From Octopus vulgaris (lineage: Eukaryota), in the NCBI GenBank assembly GCA_951406725.2, contig OX597824.1, positions 90,210,001-90,274,000 of the forward strand: a DNA stretch of 64,000 nucleotides, in the 5' to 3' direction. The translations under genes were made by a program, and so were the position numbers. Each line of letters begins with the position of its first letter. Positions within the stretch are counted from its first letter, which is position 1. This document shows positions 25,701-39,024 of the stretch, piece after piece. The notes under the pieces are model-generated. The model was not told the DNA's origin, made no database searches, and was given only the letters and a program-made list of their open reading frames with translations.

Positions 25701-27350
25701 ATGCAGAGCCTTTACCGTTCTTTCATGAAATCATTCATCATGATCATCTTCACGGTGACCCTACTGCTGTTGATATTCGTTCTGGGTCCAATGAGTGCTT
25801 TCTACAGCAAGACAAGAGTGTCAACGCAGACGACTCCCACCAAGAAGACCTCAAAATCAAATCTCACCAACGGCACCCGTTTTAGACATAATTTCACCAA
25901 AAGCTTCCACGAAATATTGCATTTGACTCTAAAAGATGCCATCACTCAACCGTCAGTGGTAAACAGTTCCAAGTCCCACGGAACGTATCTCGTAACTTCT
26001 CCAAAAGACAATCTACAGAACTATGGCATTGCTCAAACTGTTGATTACAATCTCTTCAAAGAGGACATCGAATGCAGTAAGGCCTATGCCAAAAGCCTGA
26101 CAAGGGTCGGCCTCCTCACAAGAAAAGAGTGTCATAACATTTTGGATGGTCTTGAAATGATTGGAATGGAGTGGGAAAATGGGACGTTTGACTTGAAGCC
26201 GGACGATAAAGATGTCCATGCTGCTAATGAACGGCGCCTGGCAGAGTTGATTGGTTCAGCGGCAAATAAGTTAAATGCTGGCTGGGATCGCAATGACCAG
26301 TTAGCGACAAGTCTTCGACTGTGGCAGAAAAATGCCATCAGCGTTCATAAGAGTGATCTGATTGAGCTTTTGGGTGTGATCACTGAACGCGCAGAGAAGG
26401 AGCTTGGTGTTCTTATGGCTGGCTACACCGTGATGCAGCAAGCGCGACCAATCAGATGGAGTCACTGGCTGCTTAGCTTCGGTTGGAAAATCAAAAGAGA
26501 TATTGAAAGACTTATGGATCTACTTTCACGAGTTGACTTGCTGCCACTTGGAAGCGGGGCACTAGCAGGAAACCCTTTCGGGGTTGACCGAATGTTTTTG
26601 GCCAAAGAGCTCGGGTTTGCTGACATCATAGAAAACAGCATCGACGCTGTCAACGACCAAGACATCATCTTTGAATATGTTGCCTGGGCGTCAATCATGG
26701 CAGCTCACTTCCACAATTTGGCTAATGACCTTATTTTATACAGTACAAAAGATTTCGGGTTTGTTGAACTTTCCCATCCACTACACAATGTTCAAAATAA
26801 CGCCAGTAGCTTTTCGAACGAGAATGCTCGCAGCTTGGAAGAAATCCGTGGTAAAACCAATCACATCTTTGGTGAATACACCGACATGTTGAGTGTCTTG
26901 AAGGAATTCTCAAACCTACACAACAATGATTTCTTATCAAATGCCAAAGGAATGTTTGATATTTACAAGACAATTGTGAACGCTTTACCAATAACCAGAG
27001 CGATCCTCTCTTCTTTGAAAATAAACCCAGACAAAATGGAAGCTTCCCTAAGTGAAGATATGTTATTGCCAGACTTGGAATATTACATGGTACGAAAGGG
27101 CCTACCTGCTGACAAGGCGCACAGCCTGGTTGGAATGTGTGTCAGATTGTCACAGAAAAAGGGGGTCACGTTTTCGAAACTCTCTTTGGCTGAGCTTAGA
27201 TCTGTTAGTCCTGTTTTTGACCTCGATGTAAAATCTGTATGGAATTATAACAACAGCGTAGAGCAATACACACTTCCGGGAGGGACAAGTCACGCTAGTG
27301 TACAGCTTCAAATAGATCAGTTGAAGAAATGGATGTCGTTCCAAAGATAA
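25701..27350 (+). CDS. Argininosuccinate lyase-like protein (fumarase/ASL superfamily), single coding exon, N-terminal signal/anchor, probably catalytically inactive
   Basis: 549-aa ORF from ATG 25701 (catcATG); animal-ASL motifs DVHAANERRL, RNDQ, PIRWSHWLLS, LPLGSGALAGNPFGVDR, LYSTKDFGFVELS, YYMVRKG, SVEQY..GGT. Confidence 0.9.
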   Translation: MQSLYRSFMKSFIMIIFTVTLLLLIFVLGPMSAFYSKTRVSTQTTPTKKTSKSNLTNGTRFRHNFTKSFHEILHLTLKDAITQPSVVNSSKSHGTYLVTSPKDNLQNYGIAQTVDYNLFKEDIECSKAYAKSLTRVGLLTRKECHNILDGLEMIGMEWENGTFDLKPDDKDVHAANERRLAELIGSAANKLNAGWDRNDQLATSLRLWQKNAISVHKSDLIELLGVITERAEKELGVLMAGYTVMQQARPIRWSHWLLSFGWKIKRDIERLMDLLSRVDLLPLGSGALAGNPFGVDRMFLAKELGFADIIENSIDAVNDQDIIFEYVAWASIMAAHFHNLANDLILYSTKDFGFVELSHPLHNVQNNASSFSNENARSLEEIRGKTNHIFGEYTDMLSVLKEFSNLHNNDFLSNAKGMFDIYKTIVNALPITRAILSSLKINPDKMEASLSEDMLLPDLEYYMVRKGLPADKAHSLVGMCVRLSQKKGVTFSKLSLAELRSVSPVFDLDVKSVWNYNNSVEQYTLPGGTSHASVQLQIDQLKKWMSFQR

Positions 27351-27526
27351 TCAATCTGCAGATCAATAGCCAATCATTGGAATGCTCACACCTACCAACA
27401 CCTTTCACCGTTTGTTAGAAAAAACTTTGGACTTTATAAGAATCTCTGACAAATTAATTTATTTATTTATTGTGTTCACTTGTTATAGACTGGGTTTTCT
27501 TGTTCGTGTTTTTTGGAGAATAACTT

Positions 27527-28681
<1,155 letters not shown>

Positions 28682-29096
28682 TACTGATGATCTTGCAGAT
28701 ATTTTCATGTTTGCATACATAGATATTAACAAGTGAAACCATTGGTACATAGGTAATCGTGTTTTATTTCATATATTTTCATTTTCTTGCTCATTTTTGC
28801 ATTTTGGCGTTTTGCTGTGATTTTTCTTGAGAACACATTCTTCGTGGTACTGGTGATCTGACATCTGTGTTTAGCATATTAGGTGTCCACTTTAGTGGTC
28901 ATTCCTCTTAATTTTGTACATATATATATATAAATAAATGAGTGTATTTTACCTTGTTAACAATTAACACGGATAAATGAATGAATAGTTACCAGGGCAG
29001 CAAAAATCTCACAAGTAAAGATGTTGTAACTCCTTGTTTATAAAGGTTGAAACTTCGTGTTTAGCAAAAATCTCACAAGTAACTCCATTTTTTATT

Positions 29097-29146
<50 letters not shown>

Positions 29147-29630
29147 CCTGTTTTTCACTGTCTCTTTTTTTTTTTTTTTTTTTTCTCCCACCAAAGAATT
29201 CACCAAAACTGTAAGATATTAACCTTTGCATTTTTCGCAACTGTTTTCTGCTTCCGAAACAACCAAAACTCTCCGAACGGCATCGAACACACTTAAACAT
29301 AAGCCGAAGACAAAGTTGAAAAGGATGGAATGGTCATGGCTGGAATGCCTTTTGATCATAAAGTCAGCCCCAACAATCTTACCCAGAGCTTAGCAACAAC
29401 ACACTTGAGTAATTTTTTTTTTGCACATATTCTGTGTGTATGTGTGTGTATGCGAGTGTGTGTGTGTGTGTGTGTGTTTGTGTTTGTGTGTGTAAACCAG
29501 AAAGATACAGAGCAAAGCTGACCTTGCAGGGTTCCAGTTCAAAACATCAAGTTTCATAAATAAATACTGTTACAAGACACAAATCTACAAATCTAGAACA
29601 TTTCTGCTGATAAAATACATAAAATACATA

Positions 29631-30030
29631 GGCGCAGGAGTGGCTCTGTGGTAAGTAGCTTGTCTACCAACCGCATGGTTCCGGGTTCAGTCCCACTGCG
29701 TGGCACCTTGGGTAAGTGTCTTCTACTATAGCCTCGGGCCGACCAAAGCCTTGTGAGTGGATTTGGTAGACGGAAACTGAAAGAAGCCTGTCGTATATAT
29801 GTATATATATATATAAGTGTGTGTGTGTATATGTCTGTGTTTGTCCCCCTAGCATTGCTTGACAACCGATGCTGGTGTGTTTATGTTCCCGTCACTTAGC
29901 GGTTCGGCAAAAGAGACCGATAGAATAAGTACTGGGCTTACAAAAGAATAAGCCCCGGGGTCGAGTTGCTCGACTAAAGGCGGTGCTCCAGCATGGCCGC
30001 AGTCAAATGACTGAAACAAGTAAAAGAGAA
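29631..30030 (+). mobile_element. SINE family A, near full length
   Basis: ggcgcaggagtggctctgtggtaag head with gggttcagtccc B-box; tail aagtaaaagag. Confidence 0.9.
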
Positions 30031-30744
30031 AGAGAGAGAGTAAGCATTGAATTATTAGACACCATTTTATTGGCCGTACTCATCTGCCACATTTATGGCC
30101 TTCTACCTAAATTAAATTCATTATTTTACCAAAAAAAAAAGACATTATATTCTCAACAAAGCCTGACCCCTTTTCTCCTTATCTCTATTGTGGTTGTTTC
30201 ATGATATCTATTTTGCTAAAAACTTGAAACCTCATTATTAAAAAAAGGCATAAACAACAGATTATCAGGGTTTTTTTTCATGTAAATTCAAGGCCTGGAA
30301 TCTGTCTAAAAGAATTTGTTCTTTCGTCCTGGCTGTAATGTTGATTGGAAATCAATTAGCAAACCGCATTTGAAACAGTTTCAAATCCCAGTTGGAATTG
30401 CTTTGCATGAATACTTCATTGTTATTGTTGATGCTGTTATTACTGGTGTTGTTGTTGTTGTCTGATATAAAGCTGTTTATCCGATATGGAATTAATATTC
30501 ATGTCGCTAGAATGAGTTCTCTTTAAAAAGAAAACAACACACAAAAAAAATAATAATTTTAAAAACTTAAATCTGACATTTATTTTGTTCCGACATTGCA
30601 TGCTAGCAAAACACTGGTCAATTTTACAGTGCTCCCACTGCCTCTGTCTACAGGGATGAATTACAACCTCATCTTAGAATGTGGGGTAGAGGGGTTGAGA
30701 AGAAGGTTTTCAGTAGATTTTATTTTCCATTGACATAATGCTAA

Positions 30745-31053
30745 GGTGGAGGCACATGACCTAGTGGTTAGAGCAGCAGACTCGCAGTCGAGGGATCGCG
30801 GGTTCGAATCTCAGACTGGACGATGTGTGTGTTTATGAGCGAAACACCTAAGCTCCATGCGGCTCCGGCAGAAGGTAATGGCAGAACTTCTGCTGACTCT
30901 TTCGCCACAACTTTCTCTCACTCTTTCCTCCTGCATCTTGCAGCTCACCTGCGACGGACTAGCGTCCCGTCCAGGTGGGGAACCTATACGCCAAGTAAAC
31001 CGGGAAACCGGCCCTTATGAGCCAGGCATGGCTCGAGAAGGAACAAACAAACA
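30745..31053 (+). mobile_element. SINE family D (tRNA-derived)
   Basis: A box tgacctagtgg, B box ggttcgaatc, (AAAC)n tail, TSD acataatgctaa (30733-30744, 31054-31065). Confidence 0.9.
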
Positions 31054-32039
31054 ACATAATGCTAAATGGTTACACAACTGAGACAGATAATCTTGCTTCA
31101 ACACAATTCTTTGTGAAATTCAACAACCTGGACCATTGTTTTTTTATTAATTTGGATTTATCTAGTTTTTATATCCTTCAAATTATCAGCTTTTGTTTTT
31201 ACCTTGTCAAGAGGTGAATAATTCACTAAGCATTGCTCCCTGAATCTGCAAAACCAACAAAACCTCTCTACCCCTGTACAAAGGCAGCAGACAACTTAGG
31301 AGAGGTTTCCTTGTGTTGCTAAGAATCTGCCTTGTAAAAAGGGCCGGAAATTCACATTGTCTTCCTAATTTTTGTTGCTGCTTCAAAGCATTATCCACTT
31401 TCGTGTCACCCTTCAGAAAACCATGAATGTTACAGCTTCTTGTTTCTGCTCTTTTCAAAGAATCTCTTTCACCTTTCCTGACTTTGTATTCTTGGCTGTT
31501 GAAAAAAATGCCTGATTGATTGTGTCTTGTTATTTTTGTCCCCTCTTGCAAAAACTTTTGACCGTTTGAGCCAACAAAGACATCAGAGCTATGAGAAATA
31601 TTCCAAATGTTCCTCAAAATCACACCGTACCATCTTAAAAAAATGTTATGTCGCACGTTCGGATGACCTCTACTCGATTCTACTCTGACTGCTACTCTTC
31701 TAGTCTACTACCCTCTTGACTGAGGTCGAGAATGACCGCAGTACACCATTTTTAACAGCTGAAATCCAGGTAGATATTGGACTATTACAAATGACCACTG
31801 AGGTCAAGAATGCTGCCAGTAACTACTGACAATGTGATAATAGAAGGTACCAGTTTAATACTGAAAACAGCCGAGACAGAGACGAAGATGTAAGTCTACC
31901 ACTGATAACAGCTGATGGGACGGAGTATGTCACTGTTGGCTACTTTCTTTTGACACAGTACTTGTTTAGTATTACTAACAGCCGATACAGATAGGAATAC
32001 TAATTTGCTGCTGCTAGAAGTCAAGACAGAGAGAGAGAG

Positions 32040-32935
32040 ATGCTAGATTGCTGCTGTTAACAGCCGAGTCAAGAAGAGAAAGACATTGGTCTGTTGTTGC
32101 TAATAGCTGACACAGAGAGGGACTCCAGGTTGCTGTTGCTAACAGCTGACACAGAGAGGGACTCCAGATTGCTGTTGCTAACAGCCGAGTCAAGAAGAGA
32201 AAGACATTAGTTTGTTGTTGCTAATAGCCGACCCAGAGAGGGACTCCAGATTGCTGTTGCTAACAGCTGACACAGAGAGGGACTCCAGATTGCTGTTTCT
32301 AACAGCCGACACAGAGAGGGACTCCAGATTGCTGTTTCTAACAGCCGACACAGAGAGAGACTCCAGATTGCTGTTGCTAACAGCCGACACAGAGAGGGAC
32401 TCCAGATTGCAGTTGCTAACAGCTGACACAGAGAGGGACTCCAGATTGCAGTTGCTAACAGCCGACACAGAGAGGGACTCCAGATTGCAGTTGCTAACAG
32501 CCGACACAGAGAGGGACTCCAGATTGCTGTTTCTAACAGCCGACACAGTGAGGGACTCCAGATTGCTGTTGCTAACAGCCGACACAGAGAGGGACTCCAG
32601 ATTGCTGTTGCTAACAGCCAACACAGAGAGGGACTCCAGATTGCTGTTGCTAACAGCCGACACAGAGAGGGACTCCAGATTGCTGTTTCTAACAGCCGAC
32701 ACAGAGAGGGACTCCAGATTGCTGTTGCTGACAGCCGACCCAGAGAGGGACTCCAGATTGTTGTTGCTAACAGTCAACCCAGAGAGGAACTCCAGATTGC
32801 TGTTGCTGACAGCCGACACAGAGAGGGACTCCAGATTGCTGTTGCTAACAGCCGACACAGAGAGGGACTCCAGATTGCTGTTGCTAACAGCCGACACAGA
32901 GAGGGACTCCAGATTGCTGTTGCTAACAGCCGATG
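32040..32935. repeat. 39-bp minisatellite (~20 copies) with degenerate flanking units
   Basis: Unit gactccagattgctgttgctaacagccgacacagagagg. Confidence 0.95.
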
Positions 32936-34429
32936 TAGAGATGGAGCATAGCCTACCACTGCTGGCTCCTTAGGTTTGAGACAGTACCAGTCTTAGCACT
33001 ACTCACAGCCGAGTCAGAGAGGAGACATTGGTTTCTAGCTTTTGATTACTTAAACCAGAGACAATGTCAGTCTACCACTGTTTATAGTTGATACCGAGAG
33101 TGGACACAACTGGAATATTAGTTTATTATTCTTTTCTACCCAAGGTACAAGGCCCAAAATTTTGTGGGGAGGGAGCCTAGTCGATTAGATCGACCCCAGT
33201 ATGCAACTGGTACTTAATTTATCGACCCCAAAAGAATGAAAGGCAAAGCTGACCTCGGCAAAATAACAGATAGTACCAGCTTACCACTACTAGCATTCTA
33301 TGAGAAGTACTAATTTACTATGACTAACTGCTAACATAAAAGAGGGGTTAATTTACAAATGCTGACATGTGATATCCTGATGAAGAATAATTTACTCTTA
33401 ATAACAGCTGAGACCTTAAAAAATACACCAATTTATCACTGCTGGCAATGGAGACCATGATAGCTTAGCTTCTATCTTAACACTGCTGATATGTGAAACC
33501 ACAGGTCCTATGTTATTACTGCTGACAACTAAGACTAAGACGTTCTATTGTTTCTGTTGCTGACAGTTAGACACAAGATAGGTTCTAGATTATTGTGACT
33601 TTCCAGGTTGACAAAATAAGTACCAGTTAAGCACTGAGGTCAATGCGACTGACTTTCCCATAACCCCTAAAACTGCTGGCCTTGTGCCAAAATTTAATAC
33701 CATTGTTGTTGTTGTTGTTTTAAAAGCTGATTCAATAGAATGATGGATAACATTCCTTATGGAATTTACTTTCCACCTTCTGCGTTCTGAGTTCAAATCC
33801 TGCTATGGGAGAAGATGGTTTTTACCTTCACCCTTTAAGGGTCATAGTGAGGGATGGGCAAATAAAAAAAAGGAACCTGTCAAGTAGTGTGGGGACGGGG
33901 TGGGGTGGCGTGAGGTCCATTAAATTGATTACGTATCCCTTCCACCAAAATGTATAGTGGTGGTCATGTGCTAATGTCAGGGCGCATGGCTTTGTGGTTA
34001 GGCTGCTGCACACGTGATAGCGAGATCGTGGTTTCAATTCCTAGACCGAGTGGTGCATTGTGTTCTTGAGCAAAACGCTTCATCTCACCTTGCGCACCAA
34101 TCACTTTCGACACCTGACGTGTGACACACTGTGCACCTACCTGTTCAGTTAACGTCAATTTGATGGAGGGAGTGCGTTAATGTGTGGCACGAACCATTTC
34201 TCTCAGACTTGAAAGACGATCATTAAATCAAATTGAATAGTGTTGTTGTTGTTATTGTTGTGGCTGTAACATTTTTGTGAACGAAGTATGTGATCCAGTG
34301 TCAGTTCCAGGTTTAAACTGTTGCATAAACCCTTATATATTACTGGTATCTTTCTGCATGAACACCACAACATCTTGCTTGTTTTCCTCCAAAAATCTGT
34401 GGCGTCATAACAAAGTAAAATACATCAAT

Positions 34430-34522
34430 ACTACTACTACTACCACCACCATAACAAGATGTTGCTGCTACTACTACTACTACTACTACTACTACAACAA
34501 CAAGATGTTGCTGCTGCTGCTG

Positions 34523-34560
<38 letters not shown>

Positions 34561-34561
34561 G
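34430..34561. repeat. (CTA)n/(CTG)n microsatellite
   Basis: Directly visible. Confidence 0.85.
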
Positions 34562-35411
34562 ATTTTGTGTGTGAACATTTTTTGCTTCATCAATTATGTA
34601 TTAATTAATATATTTATTCATGCATTTATTTACTCGTTATGGTTCTTCCAATCCATGTTGCAAAATGAATTATAACCGATTCTACTTAATGTGTATATAT
34701 TTCATTTTTTTGTTTTGTTTTGGTTATATAATTTGTTTTTGGAGGGTTAGGGATGGGGTTGTTTGTCACATATGCCTGTCCAAGATTTGAACTCTGTCAC
34801 ACATGATTCACATGTCACAAGAATAAATTTGAAAAAAATAAAAAATGAAATGTAAAAATATGAAAACAGATTCTTTTCACTCATCTTCCATGAAATAAAG
34901 AGTGTTTAAAAAGGAAACTTGTTTTTTTGTCTTTCTTTTTATACATACACACACACACATGCGTGCACCTACACACACACATGTAAAAAGCACCATGTGA
35001 ATGTGGTCAATGCCAGTACCCAACGACTGGCTCCTGTGGTGATAACACATACAAAGCATCATCTGAGTGTGGTCAATGCCAGTGCCCCCTTACTGGCTCC
35101 TGTGCCAGTGGCACATAAAAAGCACCCTCCACACTCTCGGAGTGGTTTGCATTAGGAAGGGCATCCAGCTGCAGAAAACTTGCCAGATATATATATCTGC
35201 AATAATACATGCAGATACACGTATATATGGATGCACATGTGTGCATGTGCATACGAGTTAGAGTTGTATATGTAGATATTGATATGTATAAACATCTGTA
35301 TAAATATATATATACATGTCTAATATATACATATCTATACATCTTCACATATATATTTTCTTCTACTACTTAGCACTGACCTGTCCAATCACCCAAATTC
35401 CTAAATTCTGC

Positions 35412-35830
35412 ACCCTGCCACACAAGCAGGAGAACCCAGTCATGGTTGTCAGACAATTTCTGCGACCACATCACCCCTAACATCTGGTCACCTAATGCCC
35501 CAGACTGCAACCCCTTTGATTATTATGTGCGAGATGCAGTTGAGCGAGAGACCAACAAAACTCCTTGTAACAGCAAAGATGAACTGAAGGCAAGGATTAT
35601 GGCAGCGTCCACCAACTTAAACAAGGAAACCGTCCAGAAGAGTTGCAGGAGATTATAAAGTCGTCTGGAGGCCGTGGTTGAAGCCAATGGCGATTTTATT
35701 GAATAAATTTACTCTTTAGTATTTCAAGATATTTTTATGTAATTTTGGTATATATATCTGTTAAAATGAGATGACGGTCTTATTTTCATTTTTGCGTAAT
35801 TTAGATGTCAGTTTATTCACTGCACCTTGT
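35412..35830 (+). mobile_element. Tc1/mariner-superfamily (maT-like) transposase 3' remnant
   Basis: PCHTSRRTQSWLSDNF...WSPNAPDCNPFDYY...SRLEAVVEANGDFIE* with an internal stop; resembles the WPPxSPDLNPxDY motif. Confidence 0.8.
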
Positions 35831-36079
35831 ATGTATATACTGGTACTTTAAACTCTATGGTTGCATATTTGTGTGAATAAAATCGTTTTTCTTTGGAATA
35901 AAAAAAAAGTCTATCTTTATTTCTTCTTTTGCTGGTGTCTCAAATTTAGGTTAAATCAGTGTTTCTCAAAGGGGAGGCCTATGGGACGGTCGGACAAGTT
36001 GTTTTGAGAAAATTTCGTTCAAATGTTTAACAACTCAGCACCAACCATTGAACGGGGGGCGTTTTGCTCATGTGTATAT

Positions 36080-36705
36080 ATCATCATCATCATCATCATC
36101 ATTTAACGTCCGCTTTCCATGCTAGCATGGGTTGGACGGTTCAACTGGGGTCTGGGGAGCCCGAAAGCTGCACCAGTCCAGTCAGATCTGGCAGTGTTTC
36201 TACAGCTGGATGCCCTTCCTAACGCCAACCACTCCGAGAGTGTAGTGGGTGATTTTATGTGCCACCGACACAGGTGCCAGACGAGGCTGGCAAACGGCCA
36301 CGCTCGGATGGTGTTTTTTATGTGCCACCGACACAGGTGCCAGACGAGGCTGGCAGACGGCCACGCTCGGATGGTGTTTTTATGTGCCACCGACACAGGT
36401 GCCAGATGAGGCTGGCAAAACGGCCACGATCGGATGGTGTTTTTTTATGTGCCACCGACACAGGTGCCAGACGAGGCTGGCAGACGGCCACGCTCGGATG
36501 GTGTTTTTATGTGCCACCGACACAGGTGCCAGACGAGGCTGGCAAACGGCCACGCTCGGATGGTGTTTTTTATGTGCCACCGACACAGGTGCCAGACGAG
36601 GCTGGCAAACGGCCACGCTCGGATGGTGTTTTTATGTGCCACCGACACAGGTGCCAGATGAGGCTGGCAAAACGGCCACGATTGGATGGTGCTTGTTACG
36701 TGCCC
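36080..36705 (-). mobile_element. SINE family C with seven tandem ~62-65-bp internal units
   Basis: tatgtgccaccgacacaggtgccaga at ~36257, 36319, 36381, 36446, 36508, 36571 and 36633. Confidence 0.9.
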
Positions 36706-37093
36706 ACATATATATATATATATATATACTTTATATAATAAGGGTTCAGCAAAAAAAATTTTACTTTACCACACACCGAACTTTTAGAAGTAGCAGCCAA
36801 GTATAAAGTAATGTTTAATTCACCATAAATGGTCCTTTTACATACTGAATACTGCTTGGTAAAATTATTAATTACTAATTAATCAATTTTACTGTTATTA
36901 TCGACTATATATATATATGTATATACACACACACACTTTTTGGTGACACTCTTTTACAGCTATCACTTCATGTTAACACAGTGTGGTACAGATATGCACA
37001 GGCACACATTTATACGGATTATATGTAGTGTAACCGCAAACTTACAGGGATATAAACACACAAGCATCAGTTGCCAAACGATGGTGGTGGAGA

Positions 37094-37138
<45 letters not shown>

Positions 37139-37302
37139 GACAGGCTTCTTTCAGTTTCTGTCAACCAAATCCACTCACAAGGCTTATAATAGAAAACACT
37201 TACCCAGGTTAACACACAGTGGGACTGAACCTGAAACCATGTGGTTGAGAAGCAAGCTTCTTACCACATTGCCATGCCTGTGCATATATATATATATATA
37301 TA

Positions 37303-37376
<74 letters not shown>

Positions 37377-37892
37377 GTGTGTATTGTGGAGTTCTTTCAG
37401 TTTCCACATACAAGATCCACTCACAACACTTTGGCTAGCCCTGGGCCATAGACAGTTGCCGAAAGTGTTGTGCTGTGCTGTAGAACTGAACAGAAAACCA
37501 TATTCTTGGAAAACAAGAGTCTTAACCACATAACCAGTTATATTATAAAACTTGTTGTGCTTCTCCTGTTAGCACCAGAATGAGGAACCCAGTGAAAGAG
37601 GAGGAGGTCAGAAGAATAAACAAAACAAAGAGAGAGAGAGAGGAGGGGAGATTCTTAGGAATTGATGTTATTAAAGAGAGAGAATGAGAAAAGATTTTAA
37701 GATTTTCATGTAAAGAATGGACATTTGTCTGATTTATTGCATTATGGTAAGATTGACAAAACAGTATTTGTAAATTGGTGTAGGACAAATATTGATGGGA
37801 ACTTGAGTGGAATGGCACCAGTGTTGGGGAAAGGGAGGAAGGGAGATAACTCGAGGAAGTGACGAAAGAGAGTGTGATACACATACATACAT

Positions 37893-38276
37893 TACTCTTT
37901 TACTTGTTTCTGTCATTTGACCGCGGCCATGCCGGAGCATTGCCTTTAGTCGAGCAAATTGACCCCAGCACTTATTCTTTGGAAGCCTAGTTCTATTGGT
38001 CTCTTTCGTCGAACCGCTAAGTTACGGGGACGTAAACACACCACCATCGGTTGTCAAGCAATGGTTGGGGGTACAAACACAGACACGCAAACATATACAC
38101 ACACACACATATATACGACGAGCTTCCTTCAGTTTCCATCTACCAAATCCACTCACAAGGCTTTGGTCAGCCCAAGGCTATAGTAGAAGATTTGTGCCCA
38201 AGGTGCCACGCAGTGGGACTGAACCTGGAACCATATAGTTGGTAAGTAAGCTACTTACCACACAGTCACTCCTGCA
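37893..38276 (-). mobile_element. SINE family A
   Basis: Consensus match. Confidence 0.85.
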
Positions 38277-39024
38277 CCACTCCCACTCTATGGTGGTACA
38301 AACTTTAGAACTTCCACAATCAATGCTGATCCAAACTTCAGAACTTCCGCAATTGATGCTGGTAGAAACCTTAGAACTTCCACAATCGATGCTGGTACTG
38401 CTACAAGAGTTAAGGGCATGCTTTGGAGAGAAGTCATTACAGAGGTATCAAATTGCTGGACCAGGTTATGAAAGTTACAAGAAGTGTTGGTAAGGAACAG
38501 AATTAAAAGAGTTGAAATGCAATTTAATTTTGTACCTGTTCAGGTAGCTTATCACACACCCAGGCTGGTTCACGCCTTTAGTGTATCATGAGATTTCTCA
38601 TCGAGTATCTTGCCTCTTGCAGCTGTGGCCATTCACAATAAGCAACACATGACAGAGATGTTAAAAATCAAGCAAAGCCTGAGGCTGAAGGTTTTTTAAA
38701 GTGAAAAGAGGCCTTGCAGGGGGCCTTTTCCATTCTCTAAACAATTTAGGCATTTGTCAGAAAAGAAGAACGAGTCTACATCACTTGTTACAAATGAAGT
38801 TGTTGGTGTTACATCAGAGTTTTCCATCACCTTGTGAGATGTCCAAGCAAAGACTAAGGGCCTTTCACTCCCAGCTGTTGGGTGGTCCTTCATTCTGCTG
38901 AGTTCATCTGCATTTTCACAGGTTTTGTTTCTCATCCTACTGTGTCATGAAAATCACCCTCCTTACTAAATAATGTTGCCAGTTGAGTTGCTGATTGGTT
39001 TAACGACTCCTATAGCAGTAAGAA

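Noticed and set aside
25701-27350. Horizontal transfer of bacterial argH as the reason for the lack of introns
   Set aside because: Motifs (PIRWSHW, GSGALAGNP, SVEQY..GGT) look like animal ASL; retroposition is simpler, pending phylogeny.
32040-32935. CRISPR-like array (also considered for 36250-36705 and 59843-60951)
   Set aside because: No unique spacers, no cas genes, and a eukaryotic context.
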